From an uncultured Trueperaceae bacterium (GTDB lineage: Bacteria > Deinococcota > Deinococci > Deinococcales > Trueperaceae), in the NCBI GenBank assembly GCA_963815215.1, contig CAWFFU010000003.1, forward strand, positions 416,001 through 480,000: a stretch of 64,000 nt of DNA, given 5' to 3'. Below are positions 56,255 to 64,000 of this stretch, piece by piece. Position 1 is the stretch's first letter. The number at the start of each line of letters is the position of its first letter. Below the pieces are notes generated by a model. That model was not told where the DNA came from, did no database searches, and worked only from the letters and a program-made list of their open reading frames with translations. Position numbers and translations under genes: made by a program.

Positions 56255-57541
56255 TCAGGCGAGCTCCTGCAAGAAGCGCCGGAGATGCGCCGAGACCTGC
56301 GGGAACTCGATCAGGAAGGCGTCGTGACCGTGAGGCGAGCGGATGGTGGCGTAGCTGGCGTTCGGCAGCGCCTGGGCCAGCGCCCGCTGTTCGGCCTCGG
56401 GGTAGAGCACGTCCGACGTGATCCCCATCACCAGAGCGGGCATGCGCATGCGGCCGAGCACCCGGGCGAGCTTGTCTCGCCCGGCGGCTACGTCGTAGTC
56501 GTCCATGGCGCGCGTCAGGTACAGGTAGGTGTTGGCATCGAAGCGCTGGACCAGCTTCACGCCCTGGTAGTCGAGGTAGGACTCGATCTCGAAGCTGCGG
56601 CCGAGCAGGTCGGAGGTGGCGGCGGTGCGCTCGCGGCCGAACTTCTGCTCCAGCGAGTCGAAGCTCCGGTAGGACAACATGGCGATGGCGCGGGCCAGAC
56701 CCAGCCCGCGCTCCGGCTGCCGGCCCTGGGGGTAACGTCCCTCCTGCCACTCGGGGTCGGAGGCGATGGCGCGGCGCGCCACCTCGTTGAGACCGATCGC
56801 CCAGGCCGAGTGGCGTGGCCCGATGGCGATGGGGGCGATGGCGCGAACCCGGTCGGGATACATGGCCGCCCACTCGAGTACCTGCATGCCCCCCATGCTG
56901 CCGCCCACGACGGCGGCCAGCGAGCGCACCCCGAGGCGGTCGACCAGCCGCCGCTGCGCCTCGACCATGTCGCGGACGGTGTAGCGCGGGAAGTCGAGCG
57001 CGTACGGGCGCCCCGTGGCGGGGTTCAAGCTGCTGGGGCCGGTGCTGCCATAGCACCCGCCGAGGACATTGCTGGAGATCACGAAGTAGCGGCGCGTGTC
57101 GATCGCCTTGCCGGGGCCGATCAGCGGGTCCCACCAGCCCGGCACCTCTTCCCGGTCCGTGCGGCCCGCGGCGTGGCCGGATCCGGTGAGGGCGTGGGCA
57201 ACCAGGATGGCGTTGTCGCCGCGCGCGTTGAGCTCGCCGTAGGTCTCGAAGGCCAGTGCGACGCGCTCGAGGCTTCCCCCGAGCTCGAGCTCCAAGGGGG
57301 CGCCGGGACCGGCGACGTCCATGATCTGGGGCCGCACCGTCCCGACGCTGCCGTCGGGGTTCGCCCCGCTGCGAGCGATGAGCGCCGCGTGGTCCCCCCA
57401 GGTCTCGTGGATCAGCGTGCGATGGCCGGGGTTGTCGGCAGCCGCGCCGGGGGCGCGTCCGCCGCCGGATGCGGCGGACGCAGGAGCGGACGCAGCGGCG
57501 GACGCGGAGTAGCGGATGTGGGAACCGGGCTCGCGACTCAT
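56255..57541 (-). CDS. metX: Homoserine O-acetyltransferase
   Basis: HALTG, GGSMGG nucleophile, RFDANTY, HGHDAFL. Confidence 0.94.
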   Translation of the reverse strand: MSREPGSHIRYSASAAASAPASAASGGGRAPGAAADNPGHRTLIHETWGDHAALIARSGANPDGSVGTVRPQIMDVAGPGAPLELELGGSLERVALAFETYGELNARGDNAILVAHALTGSGHAAGRTDREEVPGWWDPLIGPGKAIDTRRYFVISSNVLGGCYGSTGPSSLNPATGRPYALDFPRYTVRDMVEAQRRLVDRLGVRSLAAVVGGSMGGMQVLEWAAMYPDRVRAIAPIAIGPRHSAWAIGLNEVARRAIASDPEWQEGRYPQGRQPERGLGLARAIAMLSYRSFDSLEQKFGRERTAATSDLLGRSFEIESYLDYQGVKLVQRFDANTYLYLTRAMDDYDVAAGRDKLARVLGRMRMPALVMGITSDVLYPEAEQRALAQALPNASYATIRSPHGHDAFLIEFPQVSAHLRRFLQELA

Positions 57542-57569
57542 GGAGGCTAGGCGGCGCTGCCGTCGGGAC

Positions 57570-58946
<1,377 letters not shown>

Positions 58947-59327
58947 TCAGTGCGGGTGTTGCGTCGGGGGTGCCGGCGTGGTGCGTGCTCGGCGTGATGG
59001 TGTGGCTCCGGCGTGTCGCTCGGAGCGCGGTCCCGATCACCAGGCCCGGTCGATGCCGCTTCCGTGCACGACGCCACGCCGCCGGCCCCGATGCGAGGAC
59101 CTGGGGTCCTTCGCGCGGGGGCCAGCCAGCGACCCGAGCTTCCGTCGCAGCCCGCCTGTTCGAGCGGGCCGCCGCGTTGCTCAGGCCGCGATCGACATTC
59201 GTTGTGGTGAGTCGAGGCGGTGCTGTCTTCGTTCGTAGGTTCCCGGCATGGTCCTGTGCGCCTCCTTCGAGCCCGCCTTCGCCTGCTCGCGCAGGACGTC
59301 TCCGGGCCGTGGATTGAGGCTCTTCGC

Positions 59328-59449
59328 CCCTATCTCTCCGGTGAGCTCACTATCGTAGCTGTGCTCCCGGCTGGAGTTAGCACCCGCCTAGATGGAGGCT
59401 GGTTGCTGCGGCGTCGTCGGGCCAGGTCCCTCGACCGCTCTGGATAAGG
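59328..59449 (-). promoter_or_regulatory. SAM-I riboswitch aptamer
   Basis: Minus: CTTATCCAGAG..GAGGGACCTGGCCC..GCAGCAACC..GGTGCTAACTCC..GAGAGATAGG, upstream of metY. Confidence 0.93.
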
Positions 59450-59663
59450 CCGGGTCCGACGCATGCGTCTGGGACCCTGCCAGGCCTGCGCCACGTGGGG
59501 TGCAGGTGGAGGCAAGTAAAGCACAAACCGTCGGCGATGGGCAACCCTGTGACGGAGCAAGCGCAACGCGGAACCGATGGCCGTCCGTCTTCGAGGTGGC
59601 ACGGCCTCCTGGCCGTTGTGGCCCGACGGTCCGGGACGGCGGGGCCTCGCAGCAGCGAGTGGA

Positions 59664-61334
59664 CTACGGTCCGGTGGCACCGCCCGTCTGCCGGAGGATC
59701 GCCTTCGCCTCCGCCAACCACTGCGCGTAGCCGGCGGGATCGGTCCGCAACTCCGCATATCTGTGGCTGTCCGGACCGAAGACGTCGAGGCCGCGCTCGA
59801 CGGCCTGTCTGGCTTGTGCTGGGTCCTCCGCCTGAAGAGCCAGGTGTGCCCAGGTGAGGTAGTTCTTCCAGCTCTGCAACGGAAACCGCGTCGCGATGCT
59901 TCGGGCCAACGACAACTTCTGCGCGAGGGTCGGCGCGTAGGCCTCCTCCAGGTTCAGCACCCAGAGGCTTGCCGGATAGAGTCTCTCGGCCCTCCGCAAG
60001 AACGAATCGCGGTCGGCTGGCGGCATGTCTTTCGCCGCTGCAGCAACCTTGTATTCGATGCCACGCCAGCGCGTGATCGCGCATGCGGTCCCCTCGCAGG
60101 GTGCGTACCACCAGATGGTCAGGCCGACGCCTGCTACTAGCACGAGCACGGGCAGGACCGTCGTGAGCCACTCGGCCATGGCCGCCTCTGGCCGTCGGCG
60201 AAGACCGACCGTCGCCGGTTTCACCGGTCCCAGACACGCTCCCACAACCGCGAATGCCATCGACAGGATCAATGGATAGTCCGCCGTGACGTCGACGCTG
60301 AGTGTGAACCAGATCCCAAGCAACGATAGGGCCCAAGGCCATTGATCCGATCGCCAGGAGCGGACGAACGCACCGATCAGGAGGGCCACGAGAAGGATGA
60401 GGCCGGGCCATCCCACCGTTGCGGCCGTCTCAACAAAGACGTTGTGCGGACTGCTAGACCACACCATCGGGAAGCGTTGGAACGCGTGGATTACGCTACG
60501 GAATCCTCCTAGACCCACCCCGAGCGGATGCGCTCGGACCATCGCCATTCCCTGACTCCAGTACCTGAGTCGCTGCGTGAACGCCCCGGCCTCCGATACG
60601 GAGGCCTCCTGCATCTGCACAGAGGCCTTCGACGTGAGGGCTTCAGTCACGGGATGGTACGGGAGCACTCGGTCGACACCCACGATGACAACGATCATCA
60701 ACGTGGCGCCGATCATCAATCGGGTTCGCCACCGTCCGTTACGGGCCAGGCGCAACACGGAGACAACGAACAGAACTGCCAGTGGAGCATAGACGCCCCG
60801 TGATCCGGAGATCAGAGCTCCGAACGCACCCAGCGACGCGAGGGCCCAGAGCGGCACGATCATCCAACGCCGGCGGGATCGCACGAAGCCGACCATGGCT
60901 GGGGCAAACACGACGAGGGCCTTGGCGCCCAAGAGGTAGTGGACGGATCCAGACAGATAGTGTTGCAGGTCGAACGAGTTCAGAGCCAGGGCGCTCTGCA
61001 AGTCTTGCAAGACGATGAAGGCCATCACGGTGAGGAGCAGCTCTCGCCGGCGACCAGCTGCAGCAAGAGCCACGTACGCCAACCCCCACAGGGAAGCTTG
61101 GAGCGTATCCCCCGGGGCGAGGCTCCATACGAAGCTGAGGAGCCCCAATGCCCACAACAGCGCAACGCCGGGAGGAACCTCGCGAACGAGCAACGCAAGG
61201 GTCGCAAGGGCAACGATCGGCAGCCAGAGTGGTGCAGGATTCCATATGATGTCGACTCGGCCATCGAGTCGAAGGAGAACTAGGTACGCCAGGGCCGCTC
61301 CCAGCATCGACCAAGGACCGCGCACCGATGACAT
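59664..61334 (-). CDS. O-antigen ligase (Wzy_C) family membrane protein with soluble C-terminal domain
   Basis: Multi-TM, SGSRG, RLRYW, HPLGVGLGGF, PHNVF..G. Confidence 0.85.
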   Translation of the reverse strand: MSSVRGPWSMLGAALAYLVLLRLDGRVDIIWNPAPLWLPIVALATLALLVREVPPGVALLWALGLLSFVWSLAPGDTLQASLWGLAYVALAAAGRRRELLLTVMAFIVLQDLQSALALNSFDLQHYLSGSVHYLLGAKALVVFAPAMVGFVRSRRRWMIVPLWALASLGAFGALISGSRGVYAPLAVLFVVSVLRLARNGRWRTRLMIGATLMIVVIVGVDRVLPYHPVTEALTSKASVQMQEASVSEAGAFTQRLRYWSQGMAMVRAHPLGVGLGGFRSVIHAFQRFPMVWSSSPHNVFVETAATVGWPGLILLVALLIGAFVRSWRSDQWPWALSLLGIWFTLSVDVTADYPLILSMAFAVVGACLGPVKPATVGLRRRPEAAMAEWLTTVLPVLVLVAGVGLTIWWYAPCEGTACAITRWRGIEYKVAAAAKDMPPADRDSFLRRAERLYPASLWVLNLEEAYAPTLAQKLSLARSIATRFPLQSWKNYLTWAHLALQAEDPAQARQAVERGLDVFGPDSHRYAELRTDPAGYAQWLAEAKAILRQTGGATGP

Positions 61335-61487
61335 GGCCCGACGCCACGTCGGCACCAGGCCGGATTGTCCCCCCTTAGCTTGCGGCACAATGTATGATTC
61401 TCGGCCAGAGGGCCTCCGGCATCGGTGAAGCAGTCCACTAGTCGAGCCATTGTCGTTGGGCCATGGGCACTCGAAGGGGACCGTACC

Positions 61488-62654
61488 GTGCCGATCAACG
61501 CACGAAACAAGGATGCCATCCCGATGCTCGACCTACGTTCTGAGGTCGAGGAGTTGTGGGACGATATCAACAACGCCGTCCAACGGGTGCTTCGAAGTGG
61601 CCAGTTCGTCCTGGGTCCGGAGGTGGGCGCCTTCGAGGTTAGGGTAGCGGAGTACCTTGGCGTCAACCATGCAGTGAGCGTGAACAGCGGCACGGACGCG
61701 CTACTGATCGCTCTCGAGGCGATGGGCATCGGACACGGTGACGAGGTCATCACCACACCGTTCACGTTCTACGCAACCGTCGAGGCCATCGTCCAAACGG
61801 GAGCCACGCCCGTGTTCGTCGACATCGAATCGGATGGATTCAACCTCGACCCGGCGAAGATCCGGGCGGCCGTCACAGATCGAACGAAGGCCGTCCTCCC
61901 CGTTCACATCTTTGGCGAGCCTGTTCGGATGGATGCCATCGTACGAATTGCGCGCGAACACGGGCTGATGGTCCTGGAAGATTGCGCGCAGTCGTTCGGG
62001 GCCGAGGCGACGATCCCCAAGGAGACTTTGCGCGACGAAACCGAGTCGTCACGGGTCAAGACAGGATCGATCGGCGACGCAGCGGCCTTCAGCTTCTACC
62101 CAACCAAGAACCTCGGTGCTTATGGGGACGGCGGCCTCATCGCGACCAACGACGCCGAGATCGCTGAACGGGCGCAGTCGCTGCGCAACCATGCGACGCG
62201 CCCGGGCCGTCGCTATGAGCACTTCTCGATTGGCCACAACTCGAGGCTGGACGCCTTGCAAGCGGCGGTCCTGGCTGTGAAGCTGCCCCACGTCGAACGC
62301 TGGAATCGCATGCGACGGGAGGCCGCCGAACGCTACGGTCGGCTCCTTTCGGTCATCGGCGGGGTCGTGATCCCGAATCGCACACCTGGTCACGTCTATC
62401 ACCAGTACACAATCCGAGTCCCTCCGGGTGTGCGGGCGATCCTGCTTGAGCGCTTCGAGGACGCGCGGATCTCTTCATCAGTGTTCTATCCGCCGATTGA
62501 GTCGGCGTGGCCCGCTGGGATCGGAAGAGGTGCGGGTTCGTGCCCACGAGCTTCAATGCGAGCGGCCGAGGTAGTCAGCCTTCCCATTCACCCCTGGATA
62601 TCGGCGGAACAGCAGGAGCGTATTGCGGCAGTTATTCGTTCCGTGCTGACATAA
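61488..62654 (+). CDS. DegT/DnrJ/EryC1/StrS nucleotide-sugar aminotransferase
   Basis: NSGTDAL, EDCAQ, FSFYPTKNLG.YGDGG, NSRLD. Confidence 0.93.
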   Translation: MPINARNKDAIPMLDLRSEVEELWDDINNAVQRVLRSGQFVLGPEVGAFEVRVAEYLGVNHAVSVNSGTDALLIALEAMGIGHGDEVITTPFTFYATVEAIVQTGATPVFVDIESDGFNLDPAKIRAAVTDRTKAVLPVHIFGEPVRMDAIVRIAREHGLMVLEDCAQSFGAEATIPKETLRDETESSRVKTGSIGDAAAFSFYPTKNLGAYGDGGLIATNDAEIAERAQSLRNHATRPGRRYEHFSIGHNSRLDALQAAVLAVKLPHVERWNRMRREAAERYGRLLSVIGGVVIPNRTPGHVYHQYTIRVPPGVRAILLERFEDARISSSVFYPPIESAWPAGIGRGAGSCPRASMRAAEVVSLPIHPWISAEQQERIAAVIRSVLT

Positions 62655-62767
62655 CGGCACCCGATCGCGACGACGCACTCGGGGTAGCATCCATCGACGG
62701 TGCCGATGCAGGCCAAGAATGTGGCACCTGAGTTCGACAACTCCGGTGGCTGACGAGCACAGGTGGG

Positions 62768-64000
62768 CTATGCGGATCCCTGAACCAACGCCTCGTCGCC
62801 GACGGCCGCATCGGGCCGCTTAGTGGGGTCGGGCCGCGCGCTCGACGCAATGGCGGCCGCCCACACCACCCACAACAGGCCCCGGGTCTCAGGAATCACG
62901 AACCACAACTGGAGGAAGACGAAGTAGGTCAGGAGGCCAAGGCTCAAGGGGTTGCCCTGGAACACCCCACGTAGTCCGAACAACAACATGGCGACGTAGA
63001 GTGCCAGCCCGACGAGACCGGACATCAACCCGATCTCAAGGAACTGGTTGTGGGAGTGCCACCCTACGATCGGCATCACGCGCACTCTTGACGTCATCCC
63101 GGGCGGTTGACGAACGAGGAGGAACGGGGTACCCACCGGGTGAGCGTGTCACGGTGAGTAGGGGACCGACGCTAAACTCTTCGTGTACGTAGCGGGACAA
63201 CTCATCCATGCTCAGGAATTCGGTCCAGTGTTCCTCGAACACCCCCCCGCCCCAACCGACCAGTGGGCGCGCGACGATCCCTCGCAACGCGGAACGCCAG
63301 AGGTAGCTCCGCGTGAGAGGAGGGTACCGCCCGGACACGATGGGCTTCGCGGGACTCACGTCTAGGCTCTTAACGAGCCCAATACCTATCCCGAGACCAA
63401 TCATCACGGCGAGCGTTGTGACGATGACGCGCGACAGCCGCACCGGCCGAATGAAGAACAACGGCGGAAGCAGGGCTAGGGCCGCGGAGCGATTCAAGGT
63501 AAGGCCAATTGCGATGGCGATCAGAAGAACGAGCCACATCAGCCCACTGCCGATCGCGACTCCCGTAGAGAGGGCCAGCATGCCGGCCAAGTGACCCCGT
63601 TGTGGGAACGTCACCATCGGAAGATCGGAGGCGGAGATTCCCCGGAAGAGGACGGGGTGTCGCGTGAGCACCTCGACGAGCGCGACAGCACCGAGTACTG
63701 CGCCAGACGCCACCACCGCGCCCGCGATTCGTCTTGCCGCGACGGGGTCCGCCCGCACCTGCGCATAGACCATGACGAAGACGACGAACAGTAGCAGGTA
63801 CTCGTACGCCCCGTTGTTCAGCTCGGTCAGGGAGCCGGTGAGCGCGATGCCGGGTGCGGGTGAGACGATGGCGCAGAACGCACACCCACAGAACGAAGCC
63901 GAGTGCCACCATCAACGGCGGTCGCAAGAGCACGGTGGCAACCCGTCGAACGTGTCCAGAGAGCGTCACCTCCCGGTCCGCAGCCCACCCGAACGCCACG
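62768..64000 (-). pseudogene. Second O-antigen-ligase-like gene with two apparent +1 frameshifts (partial at window edge)
   Basis: Three frames stitch into one membrane protein with RSYLW, RPLVGWG, HSHNQF; shifts near 63883 and 63128. Confidence 0.75.

Overview
GC-rich chromosomal window, mostly core metabolism, most consistent with a Deinococcota (Truepera-like) bacterium. That taxonomy is inferred from the tmRNA tag GNNTYALAA, SpoVS, an HspR box and frequent leaderless TANNNT promoters. Contents: 5' end of gltB; an ilvB-ilvH-ilvC-leuA-cimA operon with a leader-peptide attenuator; spoVS with an apparent ATC start; yugP-like peptidase with a HAIR box; rsmB; a beta-CASP RNase; lon; dpp and liv ABC importers; proline catabolism genes; a Chlamydia/spirochaete-type V-ATPase operon with a Na+-binding signature; hlyIII-desaturase divergent from csp; three tRNAs; dxs; purN-purD; tmRNA; a SAM-I riboswitch with a uORF ahead of metY-metX; and the edge of a glycosylation island. 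The most unusual pattern is six operon junctions bridged by tiny ORFs that start on the upstream stop codon and stop at or beside the downstream start codon. No CRISPR array, transposase or prophage was seen. All calls are by eye, without database searches.
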